Assembly: GCA_039810425.1 (NCBI GenBank)
Contig: JBDHWW010000013.1
Span: 1 to 64,000, forward strand
Origin: Pseudobdellovibrionaceae bacterium
GTDB taxonomy: Bacteria > Bdellovibrionota > Bdellovibrionia > Bdellovibrionales > Bdellovibrionaceae
Direction: 5' to 3'
DNA: 64,000 nucleotides
Part shown: positions 41,349 to 49,981 of the stretch, piece by piece
Layout of the letters: the number at the start of each line of letters is the position of its first letter
How positions within the stretch are numbered: the first letter of the stretch is position 1
Notes under the pieces: model-generated
The model's database searches: none
Seen by the model: only the letters and a program-made list of their open reading frames with translations
Told to the model about the DNA's origin: nothing
Translations under genes and position numbers: made by a program

Positions 41349-43121
41349 TCACGGACCCGGGGCCAAAATCTTGCGGAGCGAATCAATAAAGAGGCTTTGA
41401 TAGTCCACATCCATCTCTTTGGATTTAAAAAACGGATTCATGATACAAAGACGAATTAAAACAATTTCGTCACAGTCAATGACACCGTCCCAGGAACCGA
41501 CGATATTTTCAATGTAGGCCTTGTAGTTGTCCCTATGAAGATGGGTTTTGGAAACAAAAAAGACTTCTTCTTTAGGCTCATGAAAGGCTTTGAAAATCTG
41601 CAGCGTTCGTGCGTTCGTTTCACTTAAGGATTCGCCGGGGCGCGCGATACAGAAACCTATGAGATTGCTGTCCGGTGCTGGAACCAGACGGAGATTTACG
41701 ACTGTCTCGCGGAGTTTTTGTTCGAACTCCGTTTTCAGCTGAATGGTACGGGCGATAATTTTTCCGTATCCTTCCTGGGAAAGCCCGATGCATTTTGCAG
41801 TCATCCACGTCGCGACGGCGCCGGCTGCCGACCGCGAACCTTCCAGCGTAAAAGGGCCTTTATCAGGGAGTTCTTTTTGAATTCTAAAATTCACATAGGG
41901 ACCGCCGAAATGATTTTGAAAATAGTCCCGTGGATTGGCGGCGAGGAAGGTTCCGGAAGAATAGGGGACATAGCCTAATTTGTGGGGATCAATCGTCAAG
42001 GAAGTCACCCGGGAAACGCTGGCCAAGGCGAGCAGGCTTTCCGGTGAGAGAACCTGATTCACGCTTTGGTCAGGCCCGGGCAGAGAGCACAGGAAACCGC
42101 CATAGGCGGCATCAATATGATGCCAGAAATGCCAGTTTCTTGTTTCGCGATAATGATCCAAAAGGTCTTGAACTTTGTGAATCGGATCGATCATGCCGAG
42201 TTCGGTGGTGCCTAAAACGGACACGATCATCAGGATCGGACGGTCCTCAGTTTCGGCGCGAAGGATTTGCCGCTCCAGGTCCGCGACATCCATGCGGCCT
42301 TGACCATCGAGGCGAACCGCCCAAAAGGATTCGGCACCTAAACCAAAGACATTCGCCGCCTTTACCCAGGAATAGTGTTTATGTTCAGGTACCAGCAGCA
42401 CGGGCCCCAAAAAAGGCCGACGGGTCCGCTCCGCAATCCGTTGCGCGGCTTGGAAGGGATTTCCCTGAAGTGGATGAAACTCCGAGGCCGCTTTTCGCAG
42501 GGATTCCGAATGAGACTCGTAGTGATCCCAGCCGCTCACGGCACCGTTAAAAAGAGAGTTCTCTCCGGCGGCGAGGGCCGTTGACAGCCACGAAAAGCTT
42601 CTTGCACGAGCGCGGTACAAAGCTTCAAAGTTGGCGATGGTGCCTCCTGAAGTGAAGTGGCCCACACCCTTTTGGGTGAAACCGCACATCTTCATCAATG
42701 CTTGAACGGCCTCTTCTTCGATGAAGGTGCCGACCTTGGAGGATTCTCCAGAGATATTATTCGGATTGTGTAAAAGAGTCAGAATATGACCAAACAGCGC
42801 GGGCAGGGAAATTTCTGAAAACATATGCCCGATATATCGCGGTGAAAATTTAGGAATCTCTTTTTCGAAAAGGGCGGTCAGGTATTTCAAAACGTCTTCA
42901 GTATTCTTGCGGCGTTCACAGTACTCTGCGCCTAACATGTCTTCACGGGAAATAGCGCTGCCGTCTTGGGGAAAGGATTGGCGGCGCCAGTTGAACCAGG
43001 ATTCCAGTAAGATTGCGACTTGCTCGGCAACCCAGTCACGGTTTTCAGCTTGGGGCCCTAGAAAAAGACCCTTCAGAGCGATTTCAGCGGCACGACAGTC
43101 ATTGGCGGGAGTATGTTGCAT
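41349..43121 (-). CDS. Group II PLP-dependent amino acid decarboxylase (tyrosine decarboxylase-like)
   Basis: LFLGPQAEN, SGGT.AN, HYSW.KA, HIDAAYGG, DPHK (PLP lysine), LEGSR. Confidence 0.85.
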   Translation of the reverse strand: MQHTPANDCRAAEIALKGLFLGPQAENRDWVAEQVAILLESWFNWRRQSFPQDGSAISREDMLGAEYCERRKNTEDVLKYLTALFEKEIPKFSPRYIGHMFSEISLPALFGHILTLLHNPNNISGESSKVGTFIEEEAVQALMKMCGFTQKGVGHFTSGGTIANFEALYRARARSFSWLSTALAAGENSLFNGAVSGWDHYESHSESLRKAASEFHPLQGNPFQAAQRIAERTRRPFLGPVLLVPEHKHYSWVKAANVFGLGAESFWAVRLDGQGRMDVADLERQILRAETEDRPILMIVSVLGTTELGMIDPIHKVQDLLDHYRETRNWHFWHHIDAAYGGFLCSLPGPDQSVNQVLSPESLLALASVSRVTSLTIDPHKLGYVPYSSGTFLAANPRDYFQNHFGGPYVNFRIQKELPDKGPFTLEGSRSAAGAVATWMTAKCIGLSQEGYGKIIARTIQLKTEFEQKLRETVVNLRLVPAPDSNLIGFCIARPGESLSETNARTLQIFKAFHEPKEEVFFVSKTHLHRDNYKAYIENIVGSWDGVIDCDEIVLIRLCIMNPFFKSKEMDVDYQSLFIDSLRKILAPGP

Positions 43122-43173
43122 GTCTTTAAATTAACCCGGATTCAATCTCAGAATATCGCGAAAGGTGTGGATC

Positions 43174-43187
43174 ATGATATAAATCAG
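43174..43187. promoter_or_regulatory. FNR/DNR box (near consensus) upstream of the decarboxylase
   Basis: ATGAT-ATAA-ATCAG about 55 bp upstream of the start. Confidence 0.55.
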
Positions 43188-43204
43188 CAAATTGTTGAGC
43201 CCCC

Positions 43205-43957
43205 TTATCGTGAGCTGCGAGGGGGAGCTGAATGGGTGGACGTCGTTCGAGACGGACGACGGGAGCTCTTTTTTTCATTTTTGATTTCCTCTAATTTGGC
43301 GCGGTTTAAAATTTCAATATGTTTGCCTTCGGTGCAGAGCCAGCCATTCTTGGTCCATTCACTGATGAAGCGAATGACGGTTTCAGCCTGGGAACCGATT
43401 TTTCTGGCAATATCATAGCGGGTGGTTGGGATCATCAGCCGGGTCCCATGTTCCTTGGGCTGTCGATCCAGAGTTCTTAGCAGAAAGTCCGCAAGCTTTT
43501 GGGGCGTCCGAGCTTTGGCCATGCAGCGGTCATTTTGAAATTCGAAAAATCTTTCGGAAATTTGCAGGTGGATGATTTGACGAAGTGTTGCGTGCTGCAT
43601 GAATCTTTCAATAAAGAATTGAAGCGGCAGTTTCAACACCGCGCTTTCTTCGTTCGCGATGGCGGAGGCCGGATAGTTCGCATTTTTAACACTGGCCATC
43701 GCGATCCCCAAGAAATCACCCTGACTGAGAAACGAAAATACGACGGCCTCTTGGTTCGGCGGCGTCTGCTGAATCTTGAACGAGCCGTATAAAACCAAGT
43801 AAACCGATTCGATCTTAGATCCCTCTGTAAAAAGAGGCTGATGATGGCCGACATGGACGATTTGGCTCTGGGAAGCGATGGCTTTCAACTCCAGTTCGGG
43901 AATCGTTTTAAAAAAGCTAAAGCTTAGAAGCTTTCGATAAATTGCTGGGTCTGTCAT
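43205..43957 (-). CDS. Crp/Fnr family regulator (DNR/NnrR-like; no Fe-S Cys cluster)
   Basis: cNMP-like domain with YPASA; HTH DIARKIGSQAETVIR. Confidence 0.88.
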   Translation of the reverse strand: MTDPAIYRKLLSFSFFKTIPELELKAIASQSQIVHVGHHQPLFTEGSKIESVYLVLYGSFKIQQTPPNQEAVVFSFLSQGDFLGIAMASVKNANYPASAIANEESAVLKLPLQFFIERFMQHATLRQIIHLQISERFFEFQNDRCMAKARTPQKLADFLLRTLDRQPKEHGTRLMIPTTRYDIARKIGSQAETVIRFISEWTKNGWLCTEGKHIEILNRAKLEEIKNEKKSSRRPSRTTSTHSAPPRSSR

Positions 43958-44001
43958 AAAGTCCTCTCAGTGAGATTCTGCCTGGATTGGCGGGAGACTC
44001 C

Positions 44002-44015
44002 ATGATCCGAATCAA
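44002..44015. promoter_or_regulatory. FNR/DNR box upstream of the Crp/Fnr gene
   Basis: ATGAT-CCGA-ATCAA (one mismatch to consensus). Confidence 0.65.
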
Positions 44016-44030
44016 CTTTTGCGTGTTTTT

Positions 44031-44063
44031 TGTGACCCGTGGAAGTGGTTTCCACGGGTCACA
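44031..44063. repeat. Perfect 14-bp inverted repeat downstream of nrdD
   Basis: TGTGACCCGTGGAA-gtggt-TTCCACGGGTCACA. Confidence 0.85.
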
Positions 44064-44087
44064 TGGCAGGAGTTTGGCTCCTCAACC

Positions 44088-45926
44088 TCAAAGGGTTGTT
44101 GTTTGATGCATCGACTCCAGGGCCGCCCGAATCGGACGGGGCGGGTGAGAAGCCGGATGGTAGAAACGCTTGGCGGCCTCTTTACGGCGATCGTTGCTGA
44201 AGTTCGAAATACGCTTTAAATATCCGATCACCCGTGTGGCATGGTCGATATTTTCGCTGCCGCACTTGCTACAGTGATAGAGCGTGCGTTTGTCGATATG
44301 CTCGCATTCATTACAAATCGTGATTTTGATATTGACGCACCAATAGTTACATCCGGAAAGAGCCGCTGCTTTGAGCAGTTTGTAAAATCCTTCGGAAGTC
44401 AGCTTTTCCTCAAGATTGAGATGGAGAGCCGATCCACCGTCGAGATATTGCATCATTTCCTGGCCATGCAGCTCCATCTTGTCTAGAGCGTTGCAGGACT
44501 CATCCTCGACCACATAAAAATACGAGTTGTAACAGTCCCGTGGCACCTTTAAGCCATCCTTGCGATCCCAGTTGGCATTCTTCACACCTAGGTTTTCAGC
44601 AGGGACAAATTCCGTATTGAACATGTAGTGGTATTGACTGCGAGCTTGCTTATTGGCGTCGTAGATGATTTTAAGTTTTTCGCGAACGAAGTCTTTGTAA
44701 GGCTTGTCATTGCGTACCGCAATTCCGCAAGCCTCCGCGGCCTCCGCCATACCATTGATACCAATTGTTAAGAACTGTTTGTCCAATGAAATAAAGCCTG
44801 CCGAATAGGCGGTCAGAAGGCCGGACTCATAGTACTCTTCCATGAGGCGACGGTAGGCCACCTGGTATTTCTGCACTTTCTCGACAGTCGCCAGCAGATC
44901 GATTTTTTTCTGAACCAGGCGATTCATATTGATTGTGATGACATTGATGGAACCCGTTGCGACGCCTCCCGCGCCGAGCGAGTAGCTAAAGGTGTTGTCA
45001 GAAATTTCATTTCTGAGGCGGCAGCAACTGGCCAGGCTGTCCGCTGAAGGACTCATGTACATAAAGAAACTGTTGCCCTCGCTGAGTTCTTTGGCGCACA
45101 TTCTCGCGAAACTCTCATCCTTGGGTCCGTCATCGGCGGTCAGCATCGCCGCCGTAACGACCGGGAATGTTAACACGGCTTTTTTTCTTTCTTCATTGAA
45201 CCAGTGCATGAAATGATTTTGCAGTTTCTGAACACTTTCCCATTGAGGTTTTTGTCCGTTCGGAAAAACAAAATCGCCGAACAAAGAGCCAAAGTAATAT
45301 TGGTCGTAGACAGAAATATTCCAGAAGACGGATTGGTAACCGCGGGCCGCCGCCGGCTGATTCAGGGCATAGACGACGTGTTGTAAGTGATTATTAATTT
45401 GTTTCTGATGTGTGTTCAGGTAGTCCGGGCCATAATCTTGGCGGGCAAAGTGATCGAAATACATGAGCCATTCGACGGTTGCCACGGCTCCGGCAAACTG
45501 TGAGGAAATTGCAAAGACCAAATTGACAAAACAGCCACAGAAGCTTTCAAGGTGCTTAGGCACTGCCGACTCACCGCCGAGGTCTTTCAATCCCTGCAGT
45601 AGAAGAGGATACATTGAGATCGAAGCGCAGTACGGTTTCAGGGATGTTTCGTCATGAACATAGATTTCATGCTCTTCGATTTGGCGCTGGTATTCCCTAC
45701 CCAAGTCGGGGCCGAAAAGGTCGCTGATCTTGGCTGCGACCAGGGCCCGGTTCACCTGAATATTGATGTCCTTATTGATTTCGGCCTCCAGGGTCGCAAT
45801 ATTTTTATGAGTCACATTGGCATTGGCATCCAGCTTAGACCCATCGGCGGCATTCTTTGCGTGTTGATAGTTTTTTATAAAATCCATTTTTTGCCGAATT
45901 TGATCGGCGCTCAGTCGAACCATCAT
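44088..45926 (-). CDS. nrdD: Anaerobic (class III) ribonucleotide reductase, no ATP-cone
   Basis: PYC, SCCRL finger loop, EFVPAE, GGS, CxxC..CxxC, RVIGYL glycyl-radical motif. Confidence 0.95.
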   Translation of the reverse strand: MMVRLSADQIRQKMDFIKNYQHAKNAADGSKLDANANVTHKNIATLEAEINKDINIQVNRALVAAKISDLFGPDLGREYQRQIEEHEIYVHDETSLKPYCASISMYPLLLQGLKDLGGESAVPKHLESFCGCFVNLVFAISSQFAGAVATVEWLMYFDHFARQDYGPDYLNTHQKQINNHLQHVVYALNQPAAARGYQSVFWNISVYDQYYFGSLFGDFVFPNGQKPQWESVQKLQNHFMHWFNEERKKAVLTFPVVTAAMLTADDGPKDESFARMCAKELSEGNSFFMYMSPSADSLASCCRLRNEISDNTFSYSLGAGGVATGSINVITINMNRLVQKKIDLLATVEKVQKYQVAYRRLMEEYYESGLLTAYSAGFISLDKQFLTIGINGMAEAAEACGIAVRNDKPYKDFVREKLKIIYDANKQARSQYHYMFNTEFVPAENLGVKNANWDRKDGLKVPRDCYNSYFYVVEDESCNALDKMELHGQEMMQYLDGGSALHLNLEEKLTSEGFYKLLKAAALSGCNYWCVNIKITICNECEHIDKRTLYHCSKCGSENIDHATRVIGYLKRISNFSNDRRKEAAKRFYHPASHPPRPIRAALESMHQTTTL

Positions 45927-46393
45927 AGGGTCTCCTTTGGTATTTCTGGTTGTTGAAATAAATGATTGAGTTTGAGGTTGTTTTTAATGTCCCAAAAAAC
46001 CTGATTGGTCGTAGGGGCCGCCAAGCCGCCCAAGTGCTCCCGCCACGGACCACATTTTAAAAAGTCCAAGGGCTGTTTGAGAGAGTCGGGGATGTCGTCA
46101 AGACCGGTATAGAGCGCGGTCTTGAATCCCCGGTCTTGTGCCAGCCTAAGAAAATGAGTCAGGTCTTGCGGTCGCCACTCGCCACCGAGAAAAAGGACGC
46201 AGGTGATCTTGGAACCGTATTTTTCTAAAAGAGAAAGAAAAAGTTCTTCAGTTAAGGGAAAGCCATTTTTTTCAGACCACAGCTCCGGGGAATGACATCC
46301 AGGGCAACGCAGGGAACAGCCACAGACGTAAAACCCCAGACTGATGTGATTTGGAACCTCCTGGAATAAAATATCGAACTTATAGATTTTCAC
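45923..46393 (-). CDS. nrdG: Class III RNR activating radical-SAM enzyme
   Basis: CSLRCPGCHS, LGGE, LYTG, TNQ; GTG start after AAAGGA. Confidence 0.92.
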   Translation of the reverse strand: MKIYKFDILFQEVPNHISLGFYVCGCSLRCPGCHSPELWSEKNGFPLTEELFLSLLEKYGSKITCVLFLGGEWRPQDLTHFLRLAQDRGFKTALYTGLDDIPDSLKQPLDFLKCGPWREHLGGLAAPTTNQVFWDIKNNLKLNHLFQQPEIPKETL

Positions 46394-46529
46394 GGTGATC
46401 GAGTCCTTTCGATAACCAAACGATAACCGTGATATTCGGAAAGGCACTAGGGATTGGGGGATTTCATGATCTAGCTCACTAGATACGGATTTAGTGGTCT
46501 AGTTTTTTTTATCATGATACGAGGTGGCT

Positions 46530-46565
46530 AAAACCCACGCCTTGGCAGCGTGGGTTTTGTTTTTT
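46530..46565. terminator. Intrinsic terminator downstream of the C1 peptidase
   Basis: AAAACCCACGC-cttggca-GCGTGGGTTTT. Confidence 0.75.
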
Positions 46566-46579
46566 AGCGGTAAACAGTC

Positions 46580-48103
46580 CTAGTTCTGAACAGTGACTGT
46601 GAAGTGTTGGCTTTCGGTTTTAAGGTCCATGGTGTTGGACTGCAAGCGGCCCACCATCCAGATTTCGTAGGAGCCGTTTGGTACTAGATTTGTTCTCCAG
46701 CCGGTGACCATGTTGTTCAAAACAACGTTGCTCACGCGGGTTGTTTCTTTGCCGGAAGCATCTTTAAAGTGGAACTCCAAAGAGCTCATTGGGACGCCAC
46801 TGGATTGTGCCGTGATTGCGAACTCGATGCGATCACTTACGGGACGGCGCAGGTCTGTTTTACCGGTAAATGACAAGCTCAATGTCGGAGCTTTGTTCAC
46901 CACGTAGAAGAATTGACGAGTGGATGTACCCAAGGTGTCGCCGTGGGCGTTGGTCGCCATCGCCTGGATTTCGTAGCGGCCGTCGGCCAATTTCATGCTG
47001 TCAAAGTTTGCCGTGCAATTCGCGCCCGCACAGGACGAAGCCCATACAGCAGCTTTGTTAGTCGGTCCAAAGACGGAGAAGTTTACGGCGTCTGTGGATT
47101 GGATCGTGGATTCCGCCTGGAAGTTCGTAACGCCGGTGACGTAAGTGTAATCGCGCGGGCTTAGCATGGAAACCGCGCCGCCCATTGCCGGAACGTCGAA
47201 ACCCCAAGTCGAACTGCCTACGCCCGAGGAATCCGAGTAAGCAACGTGACCAAAACCACCTTCACCCCAGTCTTCGCCCCAGCTGTTGCGGATGATAAAG
47301 GACTGGGTTGCATCGTCGTAGCCAATGATTGAGATCGCATGACCGCCCAGGTATTCTCCGGCTGTATGTTTGTAAACTCCACCAGCGTAAGACATGAAGT
47401 CGGCATATACTGACAAAGATGTCATCACAGGACCGTGCTGAAGAGCTCTTTTCACGGAGTCTACGTTTTTCGCGTAGCTTGTGGGAGTCGTGTAGTTAGA
47501 GATCTTAAATGTTCTTTGTGCGACGTCCGCGCAAGCAGAGTTGCATGCGACGTCTTCACCTGTTGCACCGGAAAGATAAGGCATGCACGCTTCATCCGTT
47601 ACTCCAGTTCTCATTAATTGACGGGCGGCCGATTCTGGCATCCAACCATAGTTACACGCTCCGCCGCCGCATGAAAACAAGTGGGATGGCGACAAGCGGA
47701 TATTCATGCTCGGTAGAAGTGATGAAATATTCAATTGGGTTTCAAGGACCCCGATAGCGGCAAAAGCGACGCAGCTCCCACAGTTTCCTTGATTCAAGAT
47801 GGGTGAGACCCAGTTGCGACCTTCTTTATTTCTCCAGTCCAAAGAAGCAGGCAAGACGTCCTGCATGTTCGTTTGTTGAGGCACAACGAACTCGACGTCC
47901 ACCGCCGGGGCTTGTTGTAAACCCATCATTCTTTTTATTTCGGCCTTCGGCAATTGAGTGAGCCAATTGTCCTTTGCCACCCAAGTTGCATTTTGCTTCT
48001 TCAAAGTTTGATTCAGATTTGTCACGTTGATGACAGACTCCGCCCAGCTTGTGGACGCGGCCAGAATTATCCACAGCAGTGGATTTAACATAGTAGTTTT
48101 CAT
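46580..48103 (-). CDS. Secreted papain-family (C1A) cysteine peptidase with C-terminal Ig-like domains
   Basis: Signal peptide, LPASLDWR, QGNCGSC, GGHA, NSWG..WG..G. Confidence 0.92.
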   Translation of the reverse strand: MKTTMLNPLLWIILAASTSWAESVINVTNLNQTLKKQNATWVAKDNWLTQLPKAEIKRMMGLQQAPAVDVEFVVPQQTNMQDVLPASLDWRNKEGRNWVSPILNQGNCGSCVAFAAIGVLETQLNISSLLPSMNIRLSPSHLFSCGGGACNYGWMPESAARQLMRTGVTDEACMPYLSGATGEDVACNSACADVAQRTFKISNYTTPTSYAKNVDSVKRALQHGPVMTSLSVYADFMSYAGGVYKHTAGEYLGGHAISIIGYDDATQSFIIRNSWGEDWGEGGFGHVAYSDSSGVGSSTWGFDVPAMGGAVSMLSPRDYTYVTGVTNFQAESTIQSTDAVNFSVFGPTNKAAVWASSCAGANCTANFDSMKLADGRYEIQAMATNAHGDTLGTSTRQFFYVVNKAPTLSLSFTGKTDLRRPVSDRIEFAITAQSSGVPMSSLEFHFKDASGKETTRVSNVVLNNMVTGWRTNLVPNGSYEIWMVGRLQSNTMDLKTESQHFTVTVQN

Positions 48104-48225
48104 GATGATTCCCCTTCCGAAGTTGATCATCCTGCTGCGGATAGGGAGAGCCAAGCGGTGATCCTGGTTCCAAATTAGAACTGGACCAAGGTCTTGCGTT
48201 TGTGGAAAAATGGCCCCATGATAAA

Positions 48226-49440
48226 TTAGGGCTGAATTTTCGGAGCGCGATGAGCGGCAAAGATCACTCCGGAAATTACGGTAATGATGGAAGCCGCCAC
48301 ATAAGGGGCGCCAGGGAAGGGCTTTTCAATTCCCGTCGCCGTCAGGCGTGCAAATAATTCGGTATAGAGGAGCGGTCCTAAGATCGCGGTGAGGCTGATT
48401 AAAGCCACGAGGGTACCCTGAAGTTCACCTTGTTCTTGCGATGGAGTCTCGCGCGAAATCAAAGACTGCAAAGCCGGCCCGGCAATGCCCGCGATAGCAG
48501 AGGGAATCAAAATCGCATACATTATCCAACTCTCTGTTGCAAAGGCATAGCCCGCGTAAGCCAAGGCGCTCACGACAATAGCGATAAAAACAGAGCGCCA
48601 TTCGCCCAACTTCGGAATCAAAATGCGGGTCAAGCCACCTTGAACTACGGCCGTTGCAATCCCCACCACTGAAAGAGAAATACCGATGTCCGTCGGCGAC
48701 CACCTAAATTTGTACTCAGTAAAAAGCGCCCAGCTAGCCGGATGCACTTGGCCCGCGAAATAAAGGAGAAAATTCACCCAAATCAATGCGAGAATCGGCG
48801 AAGGCTTTAGGATCTTTGCCAGAGACTTTAATGGATTCAATTTTTTGATATCGATCTGACGGCGAAGGTCTTTTGGTAAGGACTCCGGTAAGATAAAGAC
48901 GCCGAATACGAAGTTCAAAAGATTCAAAGCCGCCGCTGCGAGGAACGGATACTGGTGACCCAAGGAACCTGTGAAACCACCGATGGCGGGACCGACGATG
49001 AAGCCAAAGCCAAACGCGGCGCCGATCAAACCGAAATTCGCCGCGCGATTGTTGTCATCACTAATATCCGCCATGTAGGCCGTCGCCACCGTCATGCTCG
49101 CCCCCGTGAGGCCCGCGATCACGCGCCCAATGAAAAGAATCGAAAGATTCGGTGCAAACGCCATGAGGATGTAGTCGAGAACCGCGCCGATAAGGGATAC
49201 TAGCAAAACCGGGCGCCGGCCGAAGCGATCTGAAAGCGCGCCAAGGACCGGCGAGGCAATAAACTGCATCAATGCGTAGACAGAAATAAAGTAGCCATAG
49301 TAGTGGCTGACAAAACTGGGGTCGTCAGAAAAACGGCGGATCAAGTCCGGCAGAACGGGAATCAAAATGCCGATCCCCAATGCATCCAAGAAAATGGTGG
49401 CAAAAATAAACTGTACGCTGGCTTTTTTCTTATTCATCAA
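48226..49440 (-). CDS. TCR/Tet family MFS efflux transporter
   Basis: LD..GIG...PVLP, GALSDRFGRRPVLL, GRVIAGLTGA, GPAIGG. Confidence 0.92.
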   Translation of the reverse strand: MMNKKKASVQFIFATIFLDALGIGILIPVLPDLIRRFSDDPSFVSHYYGYFISVYALMQFIASPVLGALSDRFGRRPVLLVSLIGAVLDYILMAFAPNLSILFIGRVIAGLTGASMTVATAYMADISDDNNRAANFGLIGAAFGFGFIVGPAIGGFTGSLGHQYPFLAAAALNLLNFVFGVFILPESLPKDLRRQIDIKKLNPLKSLAKILKPSPILALIWVNFLLYFAGQVHPASWALFTEYKFRWSPTDIGISLSVVGIATAVVQGGLTRILIPKLGEWRSVFIAIVVSALAYAGYAFATESWIMYAILIPSAIAGIAGPALQSLISRETPSQEQGELQGTLVALISLTAILGPLLYTELFARLTATGIEKPFPGAPYVAASIITVISGVIFAAHRAPKIQP

Positions 49441-49835
49441 TTGCTGAGGTTAGTGCAAAATAGTTGTTGTTGCAAAGAACCTTTGTGGTAGGTGGCTGGA
49501 AAGGTCCTGTTAGAGCCCGTTAGCGACATTTGCGAATCCACGCGGACTTCTTTGGAATACCAAATCTGCAGATAGAATTGCTGTTCTATAAAGGGAATCT
49601 GGTAGACAAGAACCGGGGCGCTTTCTACAGAAACGAAATTATCCAATAGGTCAACTTTACCCGCGCGCTGCGCGAGCTGCGTATCGAAATAGTCTTTCAT
49701 ACGCACACTTTGGGTTGTCACGAAATTATTCTGAAAACTGCATTCATAGACTGAACTCGTGAGCTGCTGGGCCACGGCGGTCGTGCAAAGAAGCGGGAAA
49801 AAAAAGAAAACAGAGAAAACAGAGAAAAACCTCAT
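49437..49835 (-). CDS. Secreted hypothetical protein
   Basis: Signal-like N-terminus; ATGA overlap with the MFS gene. Confidence 0.55.
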   Translation of the reverse strand: MRFFSVFSVFFFFPLLCTTAVAQQLTSSVYECSFQNNFVTTQSVRMKDYFDTQLAQRAGKVDLLDNFVSVESAPVLVYQIPFIEQQFYLQIWYSKEVRVDSQMSLTGSNRTFPATYHKGSLQQQLFCTNLSN

Positions 49836-49981
49836 GCATTCTTATCGCGGTTTAACAGGCCTGACTTAATGGCCGGGCCCTTGGCTATGGACTAGTTTAG
49901 CGAGAAAAAAGAAAAAGGGCCCCAGATGATTCGTAAAATCCCCTTTGACTTTCAGAGGTGAAACCTGTTTATCTTTTTGGC

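Noticed and set aside
46446..46503. Possible NrdR box or sixth FNR box upstream of nrdG
   Set aside because: Only half-sites match (ATCTAGTG; ATGAT-N4-CTCAC); too weak to call by eye.
48226..49440. Acquired tetracycline resistance gene tetA
   Set aside because: Family-level motifs only; no tetR or mobile context.
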